From Halobacteriovoraceae bacterium (GTDB taxonomy: Bacteria; Bdellovibrionota; Bacteriovoracia; Bacteriovoracales; Bacteriovoracaceae): a stretch of 64,000 bases of DNA. Below the pieces are notes generated by a model that worked only from the letters and a program-made list of their open reading frames with translations, did no database searches and had not been told where the DNA came from. Shown piece by piece: positions 35,765 through 44,763 of this stretch (its first letter is position 1; every line of letters starts with the position of its first letter). Made by a program: the position numbers and the translations under genes. Location: positions 896,001 through 960,000 of the forward strand of contig CAVRCF010000005.1 in assembly GCA_963719505.1 (NCBI GenBank). The letters are read 5' to 3'.

Positions 35765-38321
35765 ATTTCTTCAATGCTTTTTTGACAATATCAATCGCTT
35801 CTTTTTCAGTCAGCTTCACAGCTTTTTCGGCTGTTTTGTACTCATCGGGAAGACCAATGTTTTTTGTTCCAGCTTTTAAGTAGACTCCGTACTTACCGTC
35901 ATAGATTCCAACTTTCTTTTTAAGTTCTTCAATACGGCCAAAGTCTTTAATATTTTTTGCACCTCGAGAGCCACGAGGCTCATTAAGAAGTTCAAGGGCC
36001 CTATCAAGTTTTACTTTATAGAGATCATCTTCTTTTTTTAACGATCTAAAATCTCCATCGTGCATAACATAAGGTCCAAAACGTCCAACGTTGGCAAGAA
36101 TGGGTTTCTTCGTCTCTGGATGAACTCCAAGCTCTCTTGGAAGATTTAAAAGTTTAATTGCCTCATCAAGGTCAGCTTCTTTTGGTTTCATTCCTTTAGG
36201 AAGTGAAGCACGTCGTGGTTTTGGATTTTCCTCTGTTGCCTCACCTAGCTGAAAGTACGGTCCATAGCGACCAACGAGAACATAAATAGGTTCTTTAAAA
36301 TCAGGATGCTCTCCGATTGATTCTGGGCCTCTTTTACTCAGCTCAATAAGTTCGTCGATGTCTTCTGGTTTTAAGTCTGCCGGCGCAATGTCTTCAGGGA
36401 TTGAGGCATGAACCTCTTCAGCCTTTGTATCACCACTGGCAGGACTAATAACATAAGGTCCAAAGCGCCCAACTTTAATTTCAACATGTCCATACTCACC
36501 TTCAAGGTGAATCGTTCTCGACTCTTCAGGGCTAATATTTTTATCTTGTTTCTCAACGGTCTTCTTTAAACCTTTTGCCCCTGAATAGAAGCTTTTCATA
36601 TATTCTAAAAACTCTACTGAGCCATCTGCGATTCCATCAAGTTTTTCTTCCATTTCACTGGTAAAACCATAGTCCACAAGATGAGAGAAATATTTTTCTA
36701 AAAGCTGACATACGGCCATACCGGTAAAGCTTGGAATAAGAGCTGATCCTTCCTTCCTGACGTATCCTCTATCTTGAATTGTAGAAATAATAGAAGCATA
36801 AGTTGAAGGACGACCCACGCCTTCTTTTTCAAGTCTTTGAACAAGGCTTGCTTCCGTAAATCTCGCTGGTGGTTTTGTTTCATGAAAAAGTGCATTCACT
36901 TCATCTTGTTTAATAACCATGCCCTCTTTAAGTTCTGGAAGTAAAACTTCTTTATCATCAAGTGCCTGTTCAGGATCATCGCTTCCTTCGACGTAAGCTC
37001 TTAGGAAACCTGGAAAAATTATTCTGGAACCGTTAGCCGTGAATTCACAATCATCAACTTGGATCTTTATCGCCATATTCATTTTTTTAGCTTCTTTCAT
37101 CTGACTTGCGAGAGTTCTTTTCCAAATAAGCTCATACAATTGCTTCTCTTTTGGATCCTTGAAAGTTATCTCATCGGGGTGTTGAAACTCACTTCCAGCT
37201 GGGCGAATCGCTTCATGGGCTTCTTGAGCCCCTTTGGTTTTTGCTGCAAATTGCCTAGGCTCGTCCGCCAAAAACTCTTTTCCAAAAAGTTTTTCAACCG
37301 ATTGTCTGGCTCCTTCAATCGCCTCAGCTGAAAGATTTGGTGAATCTGTTCTCATATAAGTGATAAGACCTTCTTCATATAATCTTTGGGCTAATCTCAT
37401 CGTGTTTTTAGCAGAAAGACCAAGCTTTCTGATACCTTCCATCTGTAAAGATGAAGTTATAAAGGGCTTTGCCACATTCATCGTCGATTGTTTCTCCTCG
37501 ATAGAGGTTACCGTCCAATCTGACTTTTTAAGTTTCTCGGCTAAACTTTTAGCTGTTTTATCTTTAAGATGTTCTACATCTCGCGTTAGCTTTCCAGTCT
37601 CAGCTTCAAAGTCACTTCCCTTGGCAATCTTTTTACCTTTAACGCTCGTAAGTTTCGCCTCGAAAAGATCTTTGCTTTTATCTGTCACAAAAACATTGGC
37701 CTTGATATCCCAATATTCTGAGCGAACAAAACGCATTCTTTCTCTTTCACGCTCAACGATAAACCTAAGTCCCGTCGATTGAACTCGACCGGCACTTAGA
37801 CCGTAAGCTATCTTCTTCCAAATTAATGGTGAAAGGGTATATCCATAGAGTCTATCTAAAATTCTTCTGGCTTCTTGAGCTCGAACCAGCTTCTCATCTA
37901 GCTCTCTAGTGTCCTCAAGTGCTGCAAGGATCGCTTTCTTTGTGATTTCGTGGAAGACCATTCGCTTAACGGGAACCTTCGGCTTGAGAAGCTCCATAAG
38001 GTGAAATGAAATACTCTCCCCTTCGCGGTCTTCATCGGTCGCAAGATAGATACCTGCACAGTCTTTTAATTTCTTTTTCAGTTCTCTGACAATTTTAGAT
38101 TTGCCTTTTGGAACGATATAAAGTGGCTCAAAGCCTTTTTCTGTATTAACTCCAAGCTTTGCCCATTCTTCTTTCTTTAATTCTTTAGGAATATCCGTAG
38201 CAGATTGAGGAAGATCTCTGACGTGACCCATTGAGGCCTCAACAATATAGTTTTTTGGTAAAAATTTTCGAATTGTTTTTGCTTTTGTTGGTGACTCGAC
38301 GATAACGAGGTATTTTTCCAT
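35763..38321 (-). CDS. topA: DNA topoisomerase I with C-terminal Topo_C repeats
   Basis: IVESPTKAKTI, ATDEDREGE, SAGRVQS, ITYMRTD; repeated GRF/YGPY instead of Zn ribbons. Confidence 0.97.
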   Translation of the reverse strand: MEKYLVIVESPTKAKTIRKFLPKNYIVEASMGHVRDLPQSATDIPKELKKEEWAKLGVNTEKGFEPLYIVPKGKSKIVRELKKKLKDCAGIYLATDEDREGESISFHLMELLKPKVPVKRMVFHEITKKAILAALEDTRELDEKLVRAQEARRILDRLYGYTLSPLIWKKIAYGLSAGRVQSTGLRFIVERERERMRFVRSEYWDIKANVFVTDKSKDLFEAKLTSVKGKKIAKGSDFEAETGKLTRDVEHLKDKTAKSLAEKLKKSDWTVTSIEEKQSTMNVAKPFITSSLQMEGIRKLGLSAKNTMRLAQRLYEEGLITYMRTDSPNLSAEAIEGARQSVEKLFGKEFLADEPRQFAAKTKGAQEAHEAIRPAGSEFQHPDEITFKDPKEKQLYELIWKRTLASQMKEAKKMNMAIKIQVDDCEFTANGSRIIFPGFLRAYVEGSDDPEQALDDKEVLLPELKEGMVIKQDEVNALFHETKPPARFTEASLVQRLEKEGVGRPSTYASIISTIQDRGYVRKEGSALIPSFTGMAVCQLLEKYFSHLVDYGFTSEMEEKLDGIADGSVEFLEYMKSFYSGAKGLKKTVEKQDKNISPEESRTIHLEGEYGHVEIKVGRFGPYVISPASGDTKAEEVHASIPEDIAPADLKPEDIDELIELSKRGPESIGEHPDFKEPIYVLVGRYGPYFQLGEATEENPKPRRASLPKGMKPKEADLDEAIKLLNLPRELGVHPETKKPILANVGRFGPYVMHDGDFRSLKKEDDLYKVKLDRALELLNEPRGSRGAKNIKDFGRIEELKKKVGIYDGKYGVYLKAGTKNIGLPDEYKTAEKAVKLTEKEAIDIVKKALKK

Positions 38322-38455
38322 TCTTTTGACCCATTAGTTTGTAATATGCATTGATAGCAATATTTATTTAGATACTATAATAGGTAAAGCCTCTGATCAT
38401 AAAAGTCAAAAATTAGAACATATTAAATAGAGAAAAAATATCTTAACTCTTTGTG

Positions 38456-39655
38456 TTAGTGAACAGTTGAATCCAGTTTTTTCTTTTTGAATCGTAACGC
38501 TCGTCTCACTCTTTCACTTCCCTTGATTACTTTTCTTCTAAAATTTTTGCCGCTCACATATCCGCGTGCTCTTGATCTGGAAAGAACATAAGCTGATTTA
38601 TTAACGACATATGAACAAAAGTTTACAAGTTCTGGGTCTTTGTTCTCAAGTTTAACCTGCACCTTTTTGTTAACTGTACACATCAAAGTTGAAGCGATGG
38701 CTCCTAAATCGGCAACGAGAGTGACCCCAGTTACTGCAGATGCAACTGACTTAGAAACTAAGCCTATAATAATTTTGGGAGCAAATATTTTTGAACTAAA
38801 GGCTATCAACCCTTCGTGGATTCGAATTCTGGATCTATTACCAAGATCCAGAAGATCAAATTCTGGCCTAAAGGTCATAATTGAATCCAGATCATCTCCA
38901 GATATCTCCCCTACGAAACCTCTGAGTTCTTGATATTCAGGGTGGTCATTTATTAAATTGGCATCTATTTCAAAAAACATCAATTCTGGCCCAAGGGCAT
39001 CAAACGCGATTTCTTGCAGCGTTTTAACTTGTGCATTTTGCTCGAAGTTTCCAAGTCCTAAACTCTTGAGAACCGACTCCCTCGACACGTCAACTTTGGT
39101 GTAGTGTTTAAAAAGATCTTGAATGATAATAATCTGCTTTTCTAAAAGAATATCTTCCACTCTCAAGCTTAAGTTTTCTGCAAAATTCATCAATGTACCA
39201 GTGTTTTTCCAAGCATCGTTGAGCTCACTTTCATGATTCAAGAAGAATTGCAAAAAAGCTTTTGAATCTTGATTTTTACCTGGCTTTTCAAAAAGGCCTG
39301 TAAAGAATGAAGCTATATTGACGAAAGGACGAAAAAGAGTCGTTGATACAAAAGTTGAAGCTTTTCCGGCTCCTCTTAAAATAGAATGAAAGGAAACATT
39401 TCTTTTTTTCTTATCTGTTTTAATCTCATCTGAGAGCTCTTTAAATCCCGCGCTCACTTTTAGGAGAGCTTTCTGAACCTGAGTGTCTTGAGTTATCGCT
39501 TCCGTTTCAAGGTCGCTGGCAATGGTATCCAACTGCTCAGAGGTTAAGGTAACAACCTCTCCATTTTCCATTTCAAGTGAGACCTCTGAGGCCACAGCTG
39601 TGAGTGAAAATCCAAGAAAAAATACTGTTAACAAAATAAAGCTTACGCTTTTCAT
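38456..39655 (-). CDS. Secreted/membrane hypothetical protein
   Basis: AGGAG SD, signal peptide ending AVA, late hydrophobic stretch and basic C-terminus. Confidence 0.8.
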   Translation of the reverse strand: MKSVSFILLTVFFLGFSLTAVASEVSLEMENGEVVTLTSEQLDTIASDLETEAITQDTQVQKALLKVSAGFKELSDEIKTDKKKRNVSFHSILRGAGKASTFVSTTLFRPFVNIASFFTGLFEKPGKNQDSKAFLQFFLNHESELNDAWKNTGTLMNFAENLSLRVEDILLEKQIIIIQDLFKHYTKVDVSRESVLKSLGLGNFEQNAQVKTLQEIAFDALGPELMFFEIDANLINDHPEYQELRGFVGEISGDDLDSIMTFRPEFDLLDLGNRSRIRIHEGLIAFSSKIFAPKIIIGLVSKSVASAVTGVTLVADLGAIASTLMCTVNKKVQVKLENKDPELVNFCSYVVNKSAYVLSRSRARGYVSGKNFRRKVIKGSERVRRALRFKKKKLDSTVH

Positions 39656-39686
39656 ACACACTCCTATAAATCTGTACCTTTTAAGT

Positions 39687-39702
39687 AGCAAAATAGCTGC
39701 CA
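39687..39702 (-). promoter_or_regulatory. Putative sigma54 promoter
   Basis: Minus strand TGGCAG-CTATT-TTGCT, 32 nt upstream of ATG 39655. Confidence 0.65.
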
Positions 39703-39817
39703 CCTAAAGAGATGTATTTTCGGAGACTTGGGATTGGTAATCTGTCTAATTATTCACAACTGTCTATTTATTTTATACTCGAAACCCTAAACCTTTAACG
39801 AGAGTCTTAGATAGTCT

Positions 39818-40906
39818 TTAAAGGAATCTATTCACCTGAAGCCATTTAGCTAAATGGCTTGAGAATTTCTTATTTGCAAGTCCACTAGGGTGCCCATCAT
39901 CTTTGATAAGATAGCGACTTATTTCACCTTCTTGGAGATTCTCTTTAAAGTCATTCTCCATGGCTTTAATAGGAATAATATCTACTTTGTTGGCGGCTAA
40001 GGACTTTAGCATCTTTTTCACAACTGAACTTTTGGGATCGGCATATGGAATGAGACCAAAAACGAATTTACCTTTTGGAAATTGTTCAAGGTAATTTTTT
40101 TTTATTCTCAAAATCAATTCAACAAAAAGCTTTACCTCTTTGTCTGAAGAGGAAGTTAGTTGGTGGGATTCAATATAGCTTCTTGCAAGACCGTTTTGTT
40201 TAAATTTTTGATACTCTAGGTATTCACTACTTTCACCAATTTTGCCCTTGTATACCAATGTCTCACTTACCATTTTATAAAAGGGTCTCCCTTTTTCTGC
40301 CCAGTCCAGATAGGAAGGTGCTGAATTAGCTCGTCGAAATTGGTCACTAAAAAACACATAGACCATAACTCCTTCAGACTCTGTGACGTATCTAGAAAGC
40401 GGGTATTTTTCGAGAAGAAATAAATGATCATGTGGACCACTTCCATTCATTGCCAGATTATAGCTGTGGTAATCTGGAATTATTTTCTGAAGGTTGTAGC
40501 TGAGAGTTTCTTCTGGTGGAAGCCCCAAGCCAAAGGTCCAAGAACACCCCATTAAAAGAATATGCTTTTGATAGGAACGAGTCTTTTTTAAAGGATTTCT
40601 ATAACCGGCACCATCCAAGGTATAATTCACTTTATATATTAATGATCCATCCTCTCTTAAATAAGTGTGCTCAAAATTATGGGCAGGGAGAAGATAGGGG
40701 TAATCCTTCTGCTCACCTTTACTGGGATAAACTAATTTAACATTCTCAATTTTTGAAGCTTTGTAAAAAACGCGCTGAATATCAGGCTTTCTTAGCATCC
40801 GCTCCCTCAATAAAAGAAGACCCGTCAACGTCACCAAAAAGATACTTATCGATACAAGAATTTTTAGGAACAAAATTTTCACTTTAAAATGGTCGCTCAA
40901 AGTCAC
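39818..40906 (-). CDS. Membrane-anchored SGNH/GDSL hydrolase-fold protein
   Basis: MGCSWTFG block I, NLAMNGSG block II, DGHPS block V; N-terminal TM. Confidence 0.8.
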   Translation of the reverse strand: MTLSDHFKVKILFLKILVSISIFLVTLTGLLLLRERMLRKPDIQRVFYKASKIENVKLVYPSKGEQKDYPYLLPAHNFEHTYLREDGSLIYKVNYTLDGAGYRNPLKKTRSYQKHILLMGCSWTFGLGLPPEETLSYNLQKIIPDYHSYNLAMNGSGPHDHLFLLEKYPLSRYVTESEGVMVYVFFSDQFRRANSAPSYLDWAEKGRPFYKMVSETLVYKGKIGESSEYLEYQKFKQNGLARSYIESHQLTSSSDKEVKLFVELILRIKKNYLEQFPKGKFVFGLIPYADPKSSVVKKMLKSLAANKVDIIPIKAMENDFKENLQEGEISRYLIKDDGHPSGLANKKFSSHLAKWLQVNRFL

Positions 40907-41228
40907 ATCGATCTTTTTTTACAACGAAGCTCGTTTTGGAATCTTTGAAAGATGAGTGACGAAAAAATAATTTATAAAGGATAGAAAAAGGAGTAAAGAA
41001 AACAAAGTAAAAACTAACGAGTATGATTTTTGAATTCATCTGTCCAATAAATAAAAACATTCTCTTTTGTAAATTGAGAACTCTGGAATAAAACAGTGCG
41101 AGTATAAACATCAAGGCCAAAACCCAGTGATACGTAAAGTCCTTTCTGACAATATAGAGAATAACGGCAAGACTTATATTACTCGAAACCAAAAAGATAA
41201 AATCATCGCGTCTTTTAATCCAGTTCAA
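40884..41228 (-). CDS. SxtJ-like membrane protein
   Basis: FIGQMNSKIILVSFYFVFFTPFSI pattern; GGAGG SD before TTG at 41228; directly downstream of the carbamoyltransferase. Confidence 0.7.
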   Translation of the reverse strand: MNWIKRRDDFIFLVSSNISLAVILYIVRKDFTYHWVLALMFILALFYSRVLNLQKRMFLFIGQMNSKIILVSFYFVFFTPFSILYKLFFRHSSFKDSKTSFVVKKDRCDFERPF

Positions 41229-43050
41229 ATTTTTCCTCCCAATGTTCATCATTAAATGCCGGCAGCGAAGAGCTTTTCGTCACAACAAAATGCCCCATGA
41301 TAAGGACATCAATATCAGTTCTTCTAAAGCATCTGTAGGCATCTTCCGGAGAACAAACGATCGGCTCTCCTCTAACGTTAAATGAAGTATTAACCAGGAC
41401 TGGGTGACCAGTATCTGCCTTAAATTCAGTTAGAAGTTCGTGCAACAATGGGTGTCTTGTTCTATCCACCGTTTGTAAACGGGCCGAATAATCGACATGA
41501 GTGATTGCTGGAAATTTAGAGCGAATAACATTGAGTTTATCAATTCCAAACTTGTCATCTTCATCTCGATCAACAGAAAGTCTGTAGTTTGAGTTCACCC
41601 CTGTTACAAATAACATATAAGGACTTGGTCCTTTAAAATCAAAATATTTATCGACCTCTTCCTCTGTTACCAAAGGTGCAAAGGGTCTAAAAGACTCTCT
41701 GAACTTTATTTTAAGGTTCATTGTTTTTTGCAGATCAGGGATTTTGGCATCCCCAATGATTGATCGATTCCCAAGTGCTCTAGGCCCAAATTCCATTTTA
41801 CCTTGAAACCATCCTACAACTTTTTTATCCACTAAATAGCCGGAAGCTGTTTTTAACAATTGTGACGCCGATAATTGCTCAAAAGGAATATTATTATTTT
41901 TTAAAAACAATTCAATTTCTGAGTCACTAAACTCCGGACCGAGAAGACTACCTTTTTGGGAGTCTAATTTATTAACGAGTCTTTTATTATTCAGTCCAAT
42001 ATGCCAATAAGCGAGAGCCGCTCCCAGAGATCCACCAGCATCACCCGCAGCTGGCTGAATCCAAACGTGCTCAAAGCCAGACTCTTTTAAGACTTTAGAG
42101 TTTGCAACGCAGTTAAGTGCGACTCCACCAGCGAGACATAGGTTTTTCTCCCCGGTTTTTTTCTTTAAGAAAGTCGTTATATGAAGAATGACAACTTCTA
42201 GGACTTTTTGAACTGAGGCTGCGACATCCATATGAAATGTCTCAAGCTTTGATTCAGCAACCCTCGCCTCACGCCCGAACAAGCTCTCCATTTTCTTAGA
42301 ATACATTTTTAACTTATGCCCATAGGAGAAATAATCCATATTTAAAGAGTAACTTCCGTCGTCGTGAAGGCTTACAATTTCTTTGAGCATGCGCTCGCTA
42401 TAGATTGGACTTCCATAAGGGGCAAGTCCCATAATTTTGTATTCACCAGAATTAACTTTAAAGCCCAAATAACTGGTGACTGAAGAATAAAGAAGACCCA
42501 GAGAATGAGGAAAGTGAATTTCCCAAATGGGAGTTAGGTCTTTACCATCCCCTAGCCAAGCTGTAGTCGTGGCCCATTCCCCCACACCATCGACACACAA
42601 AACCACTGATCTTTCAAAAGGCGAAGGATAAAAGGCAGAGGCTGCGTGGGAGAGATGATGCTCAGAGTACTTGATCTTCATCTGAGGCAGTCCGACTTTC
42701 TTTAGACCTTTCTTAATCTCTCTTTCTAGAAAGATCTTCTCCTTAATCCAGATGGGAACCGAGGCTAAAAATATCTTAAGTCCAAACGGAGCATAATTAA
42801 GATGGGTTTCAACTAGCCTTTCAAAAGTGATAAAAGGTTTCTCGTAGTAAATAATTTCAGAGATATCTTCTTGTGATAAATCAAACTCTTTTAAAATCCA
42901 TGAGATTGAATGAGAAGGAAAACTGGCATCGTGCTTAATGCGCGTAAATCTCTCCTCTTGAACAGCGGCTAAGATTTCACCATCTTTCAAAAGTGCTGCA
43001 GCGCTGTCGTGATAGAAACAGGATATTCCAAGAACGAAGTGAGAGCTCAT
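41215..43050 (-). CDS. O-carbamoyltransferase (NodU/CmcH family)
   Basis: LGISCFYHDSAAA, EERFTRIKH, HHLSHAAS, DGVGE, EFGPRALGNRS, NTSFNVRGEP. Confidence 0.95.
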   Translation of the reverse strand: MSSHFVLGISCFYHDSAAALLKDGEILAAVQEERFTRIKHDASFPSHSISWILKEFDLSQEDISEIIYYEKPFITFERLVETHLNYAPFGLKIFLASVPIWIKEKIFLEREIKKGLKKVGLPQMKIKYSEHHLSHAASAFYPSPFERSVVLCVDGVGEWATTTAWLGDGKDLTPIWEIHFPHSLGLLYSSVTSYLGFKVNSGEYKIMGLAPYGSPIYSERMLKEIVSLHDDGSYSLNMDYFSYGHKLKMYSKKMESLFGREARVAESKLETFHMDVAASVQKVLEVVILHITTFLKKKTGEKNLCLAGGVALNCVANSKVLKESGFEHVWIQPAAGDAGGSLGAALAYWHIGLNNKRLVNKLDSQKGSLLGPEFSDSEIELFLKNNNIPFEQLSASQLLKTASGYLVDKKVVGWFQGKMEFGPRALGNRSIIGDAKIPDLQKTMNLKIKFRESFRPFAPLVTEEEVDKYFDFKGPSPYMLFVTGVNSNYRLSVDRDEDDKFGIDKLNVIRSKFPAITHVDYSARLQTVDRTRHPLLHELLTEFKADTGHPVLVNTSFNVRGEPIVCSPEDAYRCFRRTDIDVLIMGHFVVTKSSSLPAFNDEHWEEKFELD

Positions 43051-43193
43051 TAAAAGAGAGTGTAAATAAATGGAGCGTAGGGATTTCCCGGTGCCACGAA
43101 GATGAAAGTACCAAAAAGGATAAACGCAACCAATATTGGCAGCAGCCACCATTTTTTGCGAATTCTAAGATAGTTATAAAAATGTCTTAGCAT
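43050..43193 (-). CDS. DUF5989 / SxtK-like 47-aa membrane peptide (missed by the ORF track)
   Basis: MLRHFYNYLRIRKKWWLLPILVAFILFGTFIFVAPGNPYAPFIYTLF; RKKWWL and APFIYTLF hallmarks; TAATG overlap with the carbamoyltransferase start. Confidence 0.9.
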   Translation of the reverse strand: MLRHFYNYLRIRKKWWLLPILVAFILFGTFIFVAPGNPYAPFIYTLF

Positions 43194-43302
43194 ATTGATA
43201 TGTTACCAAAAAAGCGGGGATAAGTATAGGATAAATGACTCACCAAACATTTATTAACAAACACTATAGTCGAAGCCTCTAAAAATTGTTTTAATAAAAG
43301 AC

Positions 43303-44763
43303 ATGAAAAAAAAACTGATCCTCCTCATTAGTCTCATCCCCTTTGCGAGGTATGTTTTAAAAGTTTTCTACATCAAGGCGATAAAAAAAATGCGCCTTAT
43401 ATCAGAGGGCTCTGATGATATTTTAGATATCTACCTGATATCGAATATGAGTAATCACGACTTTATCTACGGCAGCAGTGATCTTAATTTACTATTTGTC
43501 GTCAAAGATGAGACGAGTCCAAGAAATTTTTTAAGTGAAACTCGAAAAGAACTTTCAAACCTTTGGTTAACAAGTCTTCTGGTCGATATTAAAAACTTGG
43601 CTGTCCTCAAAGAGAGTGAACTCAAAACCCCTTTAATCAGAAGCTCTATGCTTTACCGCTATAGTAGAAACGATGTCACATGGAGTTCTATTCTTGGCTC
43701 TGAGCCCCTAAAATTTACTTTAAAAGAACAAGATCACCACAATATTCAATATCATTGCTTGGGCAGAGTTCAAAAGATGCTCTTAAATCCCAGAAGAGAC
43801 TTGTTACTCAATAGACACTGGATAAGATCTTTTGGAAAAAATATGTATTTTAGCTTTATCGCTCTTAACCGCTATAACCTTATTGAAGGAAAGCTTGATT
43901 CACGTTGGCATACTCTTTGTTCTAGACTCATGCGTTTTCCCATCTTCGCTCAAGCTAAGTATCGACAGTTAAAAGTTTTAAGTTTGAAGAAACTAGATTT
44001 CAAAAGACCAAAACTAATACCACACCATGTAGATAGCTCGGCTTATAACGATAATCTTATTCACTTTTGCCAAAGCTTACTTGAGTTTCCTATCGTCGAA
44101 GATGTCATTTTAAAGCCCGCCCTCATCCAGCTGGACTCTGAACAGATGAAAGGAAAAGTTTTTGTCGATGTCTTACTTGGACAAAAGGATCATGCCTTTA
44201 ATTTTGATAATCTTCACCATCTACAAAACGGCATAGACAGTTTTTTAAAAGACTTGGATGACACACACCCTCGTTATTTTTTTAGGTTTTCAACTTATGG
44301 ATTTTTAAAAATAAAATGTGAGCAAGTTCTTTTTGACTATCCCTTGGAATATTTTTACCGTGTTCGCTTGGGTCACTCGATGAGAGGTTTCAAGTACAAA
44401 TTCTCTCCAGATCCTAGGCAAATCGATAAGGCCAGTATTCAGTTTATTCTCCAAGAGTTCATGCGCTTTAGATCACTTAAACAAGAGAATTTTCTCATTG
44501 GCTCAAAGTTCATAAAGTCGCTAAACATCATTTATCGCTACCAGCTCCTACTCTCCTACACCAAAGGCCAGGAGTTTGCCGTTTCTCACTCATTTAAAAG
44601 TATTATGGAGGATTTGACTCCACAGCTCTCACAGATGAAACCAAACACCATTGTCGATGAGGAAAGTTGGGTGGTTATAAAAGCTCAAATGCTCTATTTA
44701 TTAAAAAGAATTAGAGATGAACTTGCGACCAAAAAACCTTCGCTTAAAAACTTACAGTTCTAA
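43303..44763 (+). CDS. Hypothetical protein with degenerate Pol-beta nucleotidyltransferase-like N-terminal motif
   Basis: DIYLISN...DFIYGSSDLNLLFVV resembles hG[GS]...DF.PG.SDhDh, with DxD changed to DxN. Confidence 0.5.
   Translation: MKKKLILLISLIPFARYVLKVFYIKAIKKMRLISEGSDDILDIYLISNMSNHDFIYGSSDLNLLFVVKDETSPRNFLSETRKELSNLWLTSLLVDIKNLAVLKESELKTPLIRSSMLYRYSRNDVTWSSILGSEPLKFTLKEQDHHNIQYHCLGRVQKMLLNPRRDLLLNRHWIRSFGKNMYFSFIALNRYNLIEGKLDSRWHTLCSRLMRFPIFAQAKYRQLKVLSLKKLDFKRPKLIPHHVDSSAYNDNLIHFCQSLLEFPIVEDVILKPALIQLDSEQMKGKVFVDVLLGQKDHAFNFDNLHHLQNGIDSFLKDLDDTHPRYFFRFSTYGFLKIKCEQVLFDYPLEYFYRVRLGHSMRGFKYKFSPDPRQIDKASIQFILQEFMRFRSLKQENFLIGSKFIKSLNIIYRYQLLLSYTKGQEFAVSHSFKSIMEDLTPQLSQMKPNTIVDEESWVVIKAQMLYLLKRIRDELATKKPSLKNLQF

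Noticed and set aside
39818-43193. Saxitoxin biosynthesis cluster
   Set aside because: Only the widespread sxtI/J/K/L-like families are present; no sxtA, sxtG or other core genes
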